From positions 1 to 45,500 of the IMG/VR virus record IMGVR_UViG_3300034965_000047: a stretch of DNA of 45,500 bases; one strand, 5' to 3'. Made by a program: the position numbers and the translations under genes. Numbering within the stretch: position 1 is the stretch's first letter; each line of letters starts with the position of its first letter. The notes beneath the pieces were generated by a model. That model was not told where the DNA came from. It did no database searches and saw only the letters and a list, made by a program, of their open reading frames with translations. This document shows positions 17,200 through 25,940 of this stretch, in pieces. Origin of the DNA: a virus. Lineage: Duplodnaviria; Caudoviricetes.

Positions 17200-17533
17200 C
17201 AGTGCTTTTTTAAAGCACTTTGATTTTATGTCTAAATGTTGTCACTTTTATTGTTTTTTATTAAAAGCTGTCATAAAATAAATATATATAATAAAAGGAA
17301 TTACAATGATTAATGACAGCTTCGTCAGAAATGACAGCTTTTTTTCAGAGCACCATAAGGACCATGAAAAGCAACTAAAGCACTTTTTTGCTTTCTTGCT
17401 TTTCATGGTTTTACAGCGCCAACATTGAAACGACCTGTCATTTTTATAATTCTTTATACAGTATAGATATACTTTTTTTTCAATTTGTCATTTTGTCATT
17501 TGACTTTTAGTGACAGTAGTGATATTGTCACTA
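17200..17533. other. Putative replication origin: AT-rich divergent intergenic region with iteron-like repeats and inverted repeats
   Basis: AAGCTGTCAT three times (17265 forward; 17313 and 17331 reverse); further TGTCA at 17240, 17436, 17486, 17494, 17511 (rev), 17526; 14-bp IR 17361-17374/17396-17409; IR 17201-17219. Confidence 0.65.
17500..17533 (+). promoter_or_regulatory. Promoter overlapped by an 8-bp inverted repeat
   Basis: TTGACT-17-TATTGT with extended TG; TAGTGACA (17508)...TGTCACTA (17526). Confidence 0.6.
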
Positions 17534-17547
17534 CAGAGGTGATAAAA

Positions 17548-17931
17548 ATGGTAAAAAATTTTATGTCGATTATCCCAATTATTGAGATTAAAACGGGTGA
17601 TTATTACAATTCAGCAGTAGAGTATGAAGAGATTACAGGCAATAAGTGTGTAATTGATTCGGTATCGTTCCGAATAGCCAATGCTATGGAACGCTCCATT
17701 GCAAAGAAGATGGCTGTTGTTGACGTTGATTTCCCTATCATGGGATTTTTTGATGAAAAAATATATCGTGGAAAAATTAGCAGATCATTGGTATACGATG
17801 ATTATGTAAAATTTTGTTCATTTCGTTCATTTCCAAGAAATACAAAAAATAACTTCTACAAATCATCGGAGTTACTTGGCGTAAAATGCGTCAGACGGGC
17901 TGATGGTAGATATTTCATATTCCCCGAATAA
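17548..17931 (+). CDS. Protein with a stand-alone primase-type C-terminal winged-helix domain
   Basis: GAGGTG RBS; C-terminal half aligns by eye with the C-terminus of the primase-helicase. Confidence 0.7.
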   Translation: MVKNFMSIIPIIEIKTGDYYNSAVEYEEITGNKCVIDSVSFRIANAMERSIAKKMAVVDVDFPIMGFFDEKIYRGKISRSLVYDDYVKFCSFRSFPRNTKNNFYKSSELLGVKCVRRADGRYFIFPE

Positions 17932-17959
17932 TTGACCTTTGCCGCATTCCGGGTATAAT
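17932..17959 (+). promoter_or_regulatory. CCGCA-type leaderless promoter of terS
   Basis: TTGACC-TTTG-CCGCA-TTCCGGG-TATAAT, then 6 nt, then ATG 17966. Confidence 0.8.
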
Positions 17960-17965
17960 TAGGGC

Positions 17966-18484
17966 ATGGCAAAAGAAAAGAGTTCTGCTGGTCAGCCTAC
18001 TTTGTATAATAAAAAGTTACACCCTAAGCTTGTGCATGCCCTTGCTTCGCGCGGATTGAATGACAAAGGAATTTATGAGAGTTTGGAGATAAGTGAAAGG
18101 ACGTTTTATAACTGGATGAAGATTCACCCCGAATTCTTGCAGTCAATAAAACACGCCAGAGACGACCAAATTTCGATTGTAAAAAACTCGCTTTTTGAAC
18201 GGGCAAAAGGATTTGAATATACTGCGGAAAAACCTATGGTAGTTTCAAATGGTAATGGAATGGGGTCAGAAATTGAAATAGCCACATACACCGAAAGAGT
18301 ATTGCCTGATGTTGCTGCCATAAAAATGTTCCTCTATAACCGCGATCCTGAAAACTGGAAAGACCGCCAGAATATCGAGCACTCCGGAGCTATTGATACT
18401 CAGCCAATGAGCCGTGAAGAGCGAGCAAAGCGCAAGAAGGAACTCGAGGACCAGATAGCAAGGGATAAGCAGATTAATGATTGA
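17966..18484 (+). CDS. terS: Terminase small subunit
   Basis: GQPTLY, HTH, SLFERAKG, PDVAAIKMFLYNRDPENWKDRQ; directly upstream of terL. Confidence 0.9.
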   Translation: MAKEKSSAGQPTLYNKKLHPKLVHALASRGLNDKGIYESLEISERTFYNWMKIHPEFLQSIKHARDDQISIVKNSLFERAKGFEYTAEKPMVVSNGNGMGSEIEIATYTERVLPDVAAIKMFLYNRDPENWKDRQNIEHSGAIDTQPMSREERAKRKKELEDQIARDKQIND

Positions 18485-19985
18485 TGATGACCTGATAGAA
18501 TGGGAAAGGCTCAACGCTAAGGACCGGCACCTTGCTTTCATGAAATATTGCTGGCTCAAGGGCGATAAAGAGCCTTTCATTGCAGGATTCCACACCAGGG
18601 CCATTTGCGAACGCATAGACAAGGCATTTGAAGACTTTGCCAATGGCGTTTCAACCTGCCTATTGATATCGGTCCACCCACGTGCCGGGAAAACCGATAT
18701 CGTAAGCCGATATCTCGGTCCACACTTTCTTGGAGAATTCCCTGATAAGGAAGTAATGCAAGTTTCCTATCAATCTGGTTTGGCTTCAACTTTTTCTGCT
18801 TACGGTCGAAACATTCTAAGATCAGATAAATACCGCGAACTATACCCGCACATATACCTATCAAGCGAAACCAATAAAAAAGCCGATTGGGTAATAGCCG
18901 ACCATAAAGATAAGCCGACAGGTGGGAAATTGTACGCCGCAGGGCTCCAGTCTGGCCTTACTGGCAACGGATATCACCTAGGCGTACTTGATGATTACTT
19001 TGCTGGCCGTGCCGAAGCTGAGAGCCTTGTGCAACGTGATAACGCATGGCATGCTTTTACTGATGACCTTATGACTCGTGCTGCCCCAGTTTCGATTACA
19101 ATCGTTGTGGCTACCCAATGGCATATTGATGACATAAACGGACGCATAAAAAAGGAAATGGAATCAAACCCCGATTTTCCGCAGTTTGAAGTCATGAGCT
19201 TCCCGGCCAAGGCTAAGGATTATCGGGGTCCAGGAAAATACCCAAGAGATTATTTGTTTGAAGAGCGATACCCATCTGAATGGTACCGGAAAAAATACGC
19301 TATCTTGGGGCCATACTCGTCAGCGGCGCTATTTGACTGCAATCCAACCATCCGCGAGGGCGGGCGATTTAATGTCAGCCTGATTGATTATTACGAAAAG
19401 TCACCAGGCGTTGCCGATAAACGGTGGCTTAGAACATGGGACTTGGCCCATACAGCCCGCCAGCGCTCTGGAGATGATCCTGACTGGACAAGTGGCACGA
19501 AACTATCATTTGAGATGCTTCCAGGTGATCCTGTGCCCCACCTTTGGGTAGATAACGTATTTAGGGTCCAGGATAATGCAGCTGAGCGCGATGCTAAGAT
19601 TAAGGCGCTCGTGAATTCTGACGGCGCATATATCAAGCAGGCGGTTGAAACCAGCCTTGACGCCAAGGACGCTTATCAATATTTAAAGTCGGCAATGACT
19701 GAAATATCCTGGAATGGCGTAAGCTTGGCCGGAAAAGGCGACAAAGGGGCAAGGGCAACACCACTTGAGGCTATTTTTAATTGCCCTGGCCATGTCCATG
19801 TTAAGCGGGCTGACTGGAATAACGACTGGGTAACCGAATTAATGAGCTTTGATGGAACCGGAAAAGCACATGATGACCAGGTGGATAACCTAAGCCTTGG
19901 CTATTATTTGGCCGTTGGCGGTGGATCATCGGCGCAAATGAGCGAAGAAAAAAGGGCCCAAATGAGGGCCCGGCGTCATCATTGA
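18477..19985 (+). CDS. terL: Terminase large subunit
   Basis: HPRAGKT Walker A, LTGNG, VLDD Walker B, TQWHIDD, WDLA, HDDQVD nuclease motifs. Confidence 0.95.
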   Translation: MIDDDLIEWERLNAKDRHLAFMKYCWLKGDKEPFIAGFHTRAICERIDKAFEDFANGVSTCLLISVHPRAGKTDIVSRYLGPHFLGEFPDKEVMQVSYQSGLASTFSAYGRNILRSDKYRELYPHIYLSSETNKKADWVIADHKDKPTGGKLYAAGLQSGLTGNGYHLGVLDDYFAGRAEAESLVQRDNAWHAFTDDLMTRAAPVSITIVVATQWHIDDINGRIKKEMESNPDFPQFEVMSFPAKAKDYRGPGKYPRDYLFEERYPSEWYRKKYAILGPYSSAALFDCNPTIREGGRFNVSLIDYYEKSPGVADKRWLRTWDLAHTARQRSGDDPDWTSGTKLSFEMLPGDPVPHLWVDNVFRVQDNAAERDAKIKALVNSDGAYIKQAVETSLDAKDAYQYLKSAMTEISWNGVSLAGKGDKGARATPLEAIFNCPGHVHVKRADWNNDWVTELMSFDGTGKAHDDQVDNLSLGYYLAVGGGSSAQMSEEKRAQMRARRHH

Positions 19986-20461
19986 ATGGAAATAGCTTTA
20001 ATCGCAAACATTGGGCCAAGAGAACGCAATTTTTTAATTGCCTTATCACGATCAAAATATGCCGAATGAAATTCTTTTGACGATGATTGATAGATGACGT
20101 AGGCAAAAATGGTTGTCTTAATAGGGGATATGCCACTACTACCCCCTGCCCCAATTCCCGCAGTTCCACTGCCGCCCCAGGCACCGTTAGGCCCATGGTC
20201 ACCACCGGAACCGATCATTGTCACGGTAAAATGTCCCGAATCTTTCGGGACAACAAATCTTTCTCCGGTAAATTCCTTCAAGATATTGATTGCGCGATTT
20301 CTTAGACCGTTAAATGTATAACGTAAACCGTCACCACCATTCTTTCCGCAACGGAAATATTTATTTTGGCTTTTTTTCAATTGCACGGGGCAATTTTCGC
20401 ACGCAACCCCTTGGCAAGATTTATGATCAATCATGATCTTTGCCTGTTCTTTGCTGATCAT
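19979..20461 (-). CDS. Hypothetical protein with Cys-rich N-terminal domain and Gly-rich linker
   Basis: C..C..CP...CG; coupled to ssb; convergent with terL. Confidence 0.6.
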   Translation of the reverse strand: MISKEQAKIMIDHKSCQGVACENCPVQLKKSQNKYFRCGKNGGDGLRYTFNGLRNRAINILKEFTGERFVVPKDSGHFTVTMIGSGGDHGPNGAWGGSGTAGIGAGGSSGISPIKTTIFAYVIYQSSSKEFHSAYFDRDKAIKKLRSLGPMFAIKAISIQ

Positions 20462-20769
20462 AATATCCCCACATGGTCAGCGCAAATCTTGACCTTGGCC
20501 TGCTTGACGCCTTCACGGTCGGTCCAGCGCTCTTGTTTAATGCGGCCTGTAATTCTCACTAGGTCGCCCTTGTGCAGCCCTTTTTCTTGCAGGACGCGTG
20601 CAACTGATGGCCAGGCCTCGCAGTTAAAAAAGCTTGTTTCCTGCCCCTTGGCGTAAAATCGGTCGGTAGCAATCGTAAAATCGCAGACACTATCGCCGCT
20701 TGGCAACTTACGATACTCCGGGTCATGGGTCAAGTTTCCCTCGACCAGTATGCTATTCAGGTGGTTCAT
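20458..20769 (-). CDS. ssb: Second SSB, lacking the acidic C-terminal tail
   Basis: AAGGA RBS; MNHLNSILVEGNLTHDPE...SFFNCEAW...GRIKQERW; ends at DHVGIL. Confidence 0.9.
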   Translation of the reverse strand: MNHLNSILVEGNLTHDPEYRKLPSGDSVCDFTIATDRFYAKGQETSFFNCEAWPSVARVLQEKGLHKGDLVRITGRIKQERWTDREGVKQAKVKICADHVGIL

Positions 20770-20834
20770 ATGATTCCTTTGATGCCCATAAAAGCACCGC
20801 AAGCGGCCCTACGGTAAGGCCGCCCACGCTGATT

Positions 20835-21083
20835 TCATAAACCTTTGTTGATAAGTTCTTGACGTTCTGATGGTGACACCATGGAAAGGAATTTGGTGCG
20901 CATTTCATGCAACTGCTTGACCATACCAGGGTATTCTTTATAGCCGTTAATCCAGGCATCAGCCACCGTGTTTTGAATATTGCCAATTTTGTTTGACAAT
21001 TCTGATTGAATCTTTTCTGCACGTTGAATGCGTGGCTTAAGATCCTGCAGATTCTTGGTAATGATTTCCATTGTCACTGTCAT
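20835..21083 (-). CDS. Hypothetical helical protein
   Basis: AAGGGG RBS downstream of its own promoter. Confidence 0.7.
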   Translation of the reverse strand: MTVTMEIITKNLQDLKPRIQRAEKIQSELSNKIGNIQNTVADAWINGYKEYPGMVKQLHEMRTKFLSMVSPSERQELINKGL

Positions 21084-21120
21084 GATATGCCCCTTTGGGC
21101 CGTTTTAATGGCCCTCTATA

Positions 21121-21149
21121 AATGTAGCGCGACATGCGGCATATGTCAA
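21121..21149 (-). promoter_or_regulatory. CCGCA-type promoter
   Basis: TTGACA-TATG-CCGCA-TGTCGCGC-TACATT. Confidence 0.75.
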
Positions 21150-22037
21150 TGATTATCGTCACAAAGATTTAGCAACCATTCCGTACCATCTCTTTCGCGC
21201 GCTTGGTCATCGTTCCAAATTTGCTCATCAATTAGGCTTTCAATATTGGATACGATCAATTGCTTAAGCATCGCAGGCTCAAGCGCGTCAAGCTCCCATG
21301 ATACATCACCGTATTCAGCTGAGTATCCCTGGAAACGTGAGTCTGTAATCTTGGCCGGGTTTGGTGGGGGGGGAATACTTTTCAACTTGATCCATATTCA
21401 GGGCAAGGCGAATAAAATGGAATTCATAACCTTCACAGTGCTTAGAAATAAACATTTCCAGCCGGTCGGTATTGTCGCGCGTCATATCGATTCCTGACGG
21501 GTCATGGTCACCAAGGTGGAAAATCGTAATAACCTGCCCGCCCTGAGCCATTCTGGCTAGTCGTTGGCCTGCTGCCCACTGTTCTGATTGGCTGGTATAT
21601 CCGCGACATGCAAATGAAGGTACACGGTGTTCGGCGCAAGCGTCTTGAATTACTCCGTTCAAAGCTTCTTTTTCGACCCAAACCTCGCAATAGTTGGGCT
21701 GATTTTCCCACATATCGATAGCATAGCTTTGCGCTGCTCCCTTAAGTATCTGCTGCGGGCTACTCCATGCCGAATGCTTGGCAAGGTTTCGGGTCCGGTC
21801 TTCAAGGGCTGCCCAGTCGATTAATCCAGCCAACCTGGCGTCATTGATGATACTACCAAGCCTCTTGTACTCAGTCGTCTGATTGTCGATCAATCCCCGT
21901 GCTACAAACTGGTAATACAACTGCCGGAGCGTCAGGGTAAACCCTGCAGCCTGGTACTCGTCAATTATCGAGTTTGCTTGCTTGATAATTCCCTTCGAGT
22001 AAGAAGAGAAACGCTTTTCAATGTAACAAATTTTCAT
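21146..22037 (-). pseudogene. Topo VIA/Spo11-like TOPRIM protein split by a frameshift at a C8 tract
   Basis: TLRQLYY, EVWVEKEAL, RGY, GDHDPSG and RLAL in ORF 21315-22037; PNPAK..DSR...WELDALEP in ORF 21146-21385. Confidence 0.75.
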
Positions 22038-22217
22038 ACCGTCGCCTCCAGTAATTCAACAAATGCTATGGCTTGTGATTTTCCGTCTTTTAGGGCTGCG
22101 GCTCCCTTAGAATTGATACCCAAAAGGAATAAATTTTTCCTCAAGCATGGCACCTCCTTTATTGACCTGGCCGATCATAATCAGTCAGTACGCGATATCG
22201 TTAGCTTTTGTAGGTTC

Positions 22218-22424
22218 TCATTGTTTGTTCCTACAATCGCATTGACGAATAACTTCAGTCCAATTTGATTCAAATAGAGGCTGAATGGTACATCCGTCAA
22301 TAATCCATTTTCCAAGTATTTTTCCTGTATCGGTCATACTGGATCTTTCAAAATCAATAGCACCGATAGTATTTCCGCATTGACAAATGGCTATAAATCC
22401 CGTTGGCTTTTTTTTCATATTCAA
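22218..22424 (-). CDS. Small Cys-containing hypothetical protein
   Basis: GGAGG RBS, CQCG...CDC, coupled. Confidence 0.6.
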   Translation of the reverse strand: MNMKKKPTGFIAICQCGNTIGAIDFERSSMTDTGKILGKWIIDGCTIQPLFESNWTEVIRQCDCRNKQ

Positions 22425-23011
22425 TCCTCCCCAATTTCGGCAAGTAGATCGTCGACATATTTATTGTCGAACTGCATCATTCCACCAGCTAACCGCAGAC
22501 CATTTTCTAACCGCTTAATCTGATCATTTTTGCGGGCAAGCTCGGCGAGTTGCTTTGTATGCGTTTGTTGTCCTTCAAGTATCAATTTCTTGAACTCTTC
22601 AATTGTTTCTCGCATCTGCTTCTTTTCTGCAGAATATTTATTGACCTTAAAATTTGAAGTATCAAGCCATCCGTAGACTTTTGCTTTTTGTTCTTTAAGT
22701 GTCTCGATTTCTGTCTTTAGCTGCTCAATATCTGGCTGCGATGGTAGAGCGGCGTGGATGGCTTGGGAAACTATGTCACAATCTTTTAGATCATTTGTTC
22801 CATTTTCATAAAGCCTTCCAACCGCTTCCCAAACAATTTTTTCATCGACCGTCAGCGGCTTTGATTCTTGGCGAAGATTCCAGCAGGCTTGCCATATTTC
22901 AAATTTTCCTTCTAAATAGTCATCAATATATGGGAACGGTAGGCTATTGTATCTTTCTACTGAATAACCTAATGATGTTACGCACTTCTCAAACTCTTCT
23001 CGGCAATCCAT
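22421..23011 (-). CDS. Hypothetical protein (REEFE/LTVE paralog family) with coiled coil
   Basis: GGGAGGA RBS before ATG 23011. Confidence 0.65.
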   Translation of the reverse strand: MDCREEFEKCVTSLGYSVERYNSLPFPYIDDYLEGKFEIWQACWNLRQESKPLTVDEKIVWEAVGRLYENGTNDLKDCDIVSQAIHAALPSQPDIEQLKTEIETLKEQKAKVYGWLDTSNFKVNKYSAEKKQMRETIEEFKKLILEGQQTHTKQLAELARKNDQIKRLENGLRLAGGMMQFDNKYVDDLLAEIGED

Positions 23012-23012
23012 G

Positions 23013-23216
23013 TTAGTCCTCCCTCTTGTTTTTCCAATCAGCAAATTCATTATCTTCCGCTGTTCTTTTATGCAATTCAGCAAGTAGCTGATCAAGCATT
23101 TCCTGGTTGTCCATTACAAATTTTCGGTATCGCATAATTGCTTTGTTTAATTTTCCCGTAGGCATTAGTCCGCGATCGGCAAGAATCCCTTCACACATTT
23201 TACTCATCTCATCCAC
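23013..23216 (-). CDS. Hypothetical protein
   Basis: Tightly packed in cassette. Confidence 0.55.
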   Translation of the reverse strand: MDEMSKMCEGILADRGLMPTGKLNKAIMRYRKFVMDNQEMLDQLLAELHKRTAEDNEFADWKNKRED

Positions 23217-23685
23217 CTACCTTTTTGATTTCTGCCAGGATTTCTGCGGAGTGATCGATAGCAAAACAGAATGATCTGAACACATTGGTATCTAAAGAAT
23301 TGGGAAAATCACAAGCATTGAACCACTTCTCCAGCACTTCATTGACGGATTGGGTAATGGGCTTTGGCATAAAGTAATCGCCATTTCCAGCAACTTCCCT
23401 CTGATCGATTATTACCAGATCGGATTCTTGCCCGTTTATAACAATTTTAGCCGTTTTGTCGGTTGATTCTTTGGATGGTGGTTTGGTTTCGATTACCGTT
23501 AACTCACTGGCAGCGTACCAATAGCCATGATCTTCGTGGCAACTACCACTGAGCCCATGAAGATGATCAGTATTTGGGGTATCATGGACAACGCCATGAG
23601 CTTTTATACCGAATACATCTTCTGTAATTGTAATAATCTCACCATCTCCATAGCTTGGCGTGTGTACTCGATCTCCAACTTTCAT
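23209..23685 (-). CDS. Hypothetical protein with SH3-like N-terminus
   Basis: MKVGDRVHTPSYGDGEII; GGAGG RBS. Confidence 0.6.
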   Translation of the reverse strand: MKVGDRVHTPSYGDGEIITITEDVFGIKAHGVVHDTPNTDHLHGLSGSCHEDHGYWYAASELTVIETKPPSKESTDKTAKIVINGQESDLVIIDQREVAGNGDYFMPKPITQSVNEVLEKWFNACDFPNSLDTNVFRSFCFAIDHSAEILAEIKKVGG

Positions 23686-23936
23686 TTTGCGTCCTCCATT
23701 AGCTTGCGGATGGCTTTGGATGCATCTTCTATTTTAATGCAATCAAGCTGCCCTTTCTCTTTATCAATACACAAAGCTACCGTTTGTCTAAGTAATTCCT
23801 CGGCTATCTGCTCAACCGTTGGCATCAGTGAGGCACGGGCTTGCCAAATTATCCATGCGTCATCTCGTCGTATGCCATTTAGACACAACCTGTCCGAATA
23901 CTCGTTAAAAGCTTCACGTTCTTTATCAATATTCAT
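23682..23936 (-). CDS. Hypothetical protein (REEFE/LTVE paralog family)
   Basis: EREAF...WQARA...TVEQIA. Confidence 0.6.
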   Translation of the reverse strand: MNIDKEREAFNEYSDRLCLNGIRRDDAWIIWQARASLMPTVEQIAEELLRQTVALCIDKEKGQLDCIKIEDASKAIRKLMEDAK

Positions 23937-24048
23937 TTATTTTACTCATTTGGCGCATGACATCGTTCGCACCAAGAGTACTCTTCGTGATTAAACGGGT
24001 GTATTCCTGATACAAACTTATGACCGAAAATAATGCATAATATGTTTT

Positions 24049-24267
24049 TCATCGCTTCTCCTCCTGTTTATCAAGCCACTCTTGCATGATGCGGATTGCG
24101 CGGGGGCGAAGGCCGATGTCTAGCCATCTACCATTGATAGTCTTTGCCCCACAATTCCAATCTGGCCATCCATTAGTATGAGATATAGGGCAACTATCAC
24201 AACTAAGCCCGATATTCAAACAAGTGGAATTATTAACCGCTTTCTTAATCAGTTCTTTGTCAATCAT
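24049..24267 (-). CDS. Small Cys-rich protein, paralog of the 19979-20461 N-terminal domain
   Basis: MIDKE...C...CDSCP...CG...LRPRAI. Confidence 0.6.
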   Translation of the reverse strand: MIDKELIKKAVNNSTCLNIGLSCDSCPISHTNGWPDWNCGAKTINGRWLDIGLRPRAIRIMQEWLDKQEEKR

Positions 24268-24485
24268 ACACGGATGTCCAGCATATGAGGTTCTGAAAAT
24301 TCATCTCCGGTTTTTGAAAAATCCGGTGCAGCAGAAACGATTCTTTGCGCTGACGATAGCTCTTCATTGAATCCAATATCAAAAGACGTTTTGATTATTT
24401 CCCTAATTTTAGGGACAAGAAAGGCAACCGCGCTATCATTGCCAATTGTCGATACAATGTCATTGGCCAGTTCTTCACCTGTCAT
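24264..24485 (-). CDS. Hypothetical protein, first gene of cassette
   Basis: GAGG RBS right after promoter. Confidence 0.65.
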   Translation of the reverse strand: MTGEELANDIVSTIGNDSAVAFLVPKIREIIKTSFDIGFNEELSSAQRIVSAAPDFSKTGDEFSEPHMLDIRV

Positions 24486-24503
24486 AATTATACCTCTGAC
24501 GTA

Positions 24504-24563
24504 ATTATCTCATTAAGTGCGGACTATGTCAACTATTTACAAGACCCGGAATAATGCTATAAT
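24504..24563. promoter_or_regulatory. Back-to-back promoters: minus CCGCA-type (24504-24532) and plus leaderless portal promoter (24536-24563)
   Basis: TTGACA-TAGT-CCGCA-CTTAATGA-GATAAT (minus); TTTACA-16-TATAAT with extended TG, 6 nt, ATG 24570 (plus). Confidence 0.8.
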
Positions 24564-24569
24564 TCGGTT

Positions 24570-25940
24570 ATGGCTATTTTCGATTGGTTCAAAAGCAAGT
24601 CTACCCAAGACACTGAAAATTCAATCATGACAAAGCGACGCGCTCCCTTTACGGTTGATATGACCGAAAATATTAAGATCAATGGTGAGCTAACGCGCGG
24701 AATACTAAAAAACACGTATCCAGGGTTCAAACTCGCTGGATCATTGGCTTATGCTGCCATAAACACGCCAGTCTCGATCATGGGGACACCGATACCAATT
24801 ACTACTGACGAGCGAGCCAAAAAGATCCTATCTGACTGGGTACAGAAAATGGTTGTCAAATTTGATGATGTCCACGCGTCAAGCCATGGCGATGGCACCA
24901 TATGGGTTTGGCCATTTTTTAATTCATCGACTATGGATGTCGATCTTGAGCTAATCATTGACGATAGAATTTCCGATGTTATATCTGATATTGATACCGG
25001 TGAGCTTTTGGAGGTTATCAGTTCGGAACAGCTTACGATACAATCAGAATACGGAAAAAGTAAGACCATGACCAGAATTAGGTCATGGAAAAAAGATATT
25101 ATCCGCGACACGCGCGATGGCATAACCACGATCACAAAAAACCCGCTTGGCATAATGCCAGTACCATTTTCCAATGAGCCTGATATTGGACGTAAACGCG
25201 GGCATTCTGATCTTGAGCGCATTGCCCCTGACCTTAAGGCCTATCATGATGTGAAATTGCAATGGGTGACTTTGCTGTCTAAGTTTAAGCCGTTTCTTGA
25301 GCAAAAAACGGATAATGTTGATAGCTGGATAGAAAATCAATCATTCTCAATAGGCGATCTTGACATACAGAATCTTGACTTTGTGGTCAATGGTGAAAAG
25401 GAATCGAGTAAATATGTTTCACTCACAGGTTCCGGCGCAGAATACGAGAAACTTTTAAGCGTTATTTTTTACGCTATTTGCCAGGGCTCAAGCATCCCAG
25501 AAATTGCCTATGGATTGGTGACTACAGGCAACCACGCAAGCGCAGAGGAACAAATGGAGCGCTTGATGTCCTATTGCCGAAAAAAACAAAAGCAACATAC
25601 AGACAAATGGGCACAAGTTTTCCGGTCAGCGCTTGCGCTTTTGCTTAAATCAAATATGCTGGCATTGCCAGTTGACATTGAGGTCAAGTGGAATCTCCTG
25701 GACGCATTATCAGAAAAAAGCAAGTCAGAGATTTTTGAAAAAGTCGGAAATGCTGTTGATAAACTTACTGCAGCAGGAATTCCAGGACCGATAATTCACA
25801 ATCAGCTTAAAGCGTTTTATCCATCGTCAACCATGGAATCTTACGAAGAATTCAGAGCGCTTCGCCAGGATGCCGCCAAGTTCAAACAGTTCAAAGAAGC
25901 CTCATATTTGGACGCCCAATCTGCTGGGGGACAGGAATAA
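24570..25940 (+). CDS. Portal protein
   Basis: 456 aa, first head gene after terminase; PFSNEP...GHSDL and SIPEIAYG motifs typical of portals. Confidence 0.8.
   Translation: MAIFDWFKSKSTQDTENSIMTKRRAPFTVDMTENIKINGELTRGILKNTYPGFKLAGSLAYAAINTPVSIMGTPIPITTDERAKKILSDWVQKMVVKFDDVHASSHGDGTIWVWPFFNSSTMDVDLELIIDDRISDVISDIDTGELLEVISSEQLTIQSEYGKSKTMTRIRSWKKDIIRDTRDGITTITKNPLGIMPVPFSNEPDIGRKRGHSDLERIAPDLKAYHDVKLQWVTLLSKFKPFLEQKTDNVDSWIENQSFSIGDLDIQNLDFVVNGEKESSKYVSLTGSGAEYEKLLSVIFYAICQGSSIPEIAYGLVTTGNHASAEEQMERLMSYCRKKQKQHTDKWAQVFRSALALLLKSNMLALPVDIEVKWNLLDALSEKSKSEIFEKVGNAVDKLTAAGIPGPIIHNQLKAFYPSSTMESYEEFRALRQDAAKFKQFKEASYLDAQSAGGQE

Noticed and set aside
22034-22221. Perfect SD AAGGAGGT with short ORFs upstream of the TOPRIM gene
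   Set aside because: Several short competing frames; cannot decide which, if any, is real.
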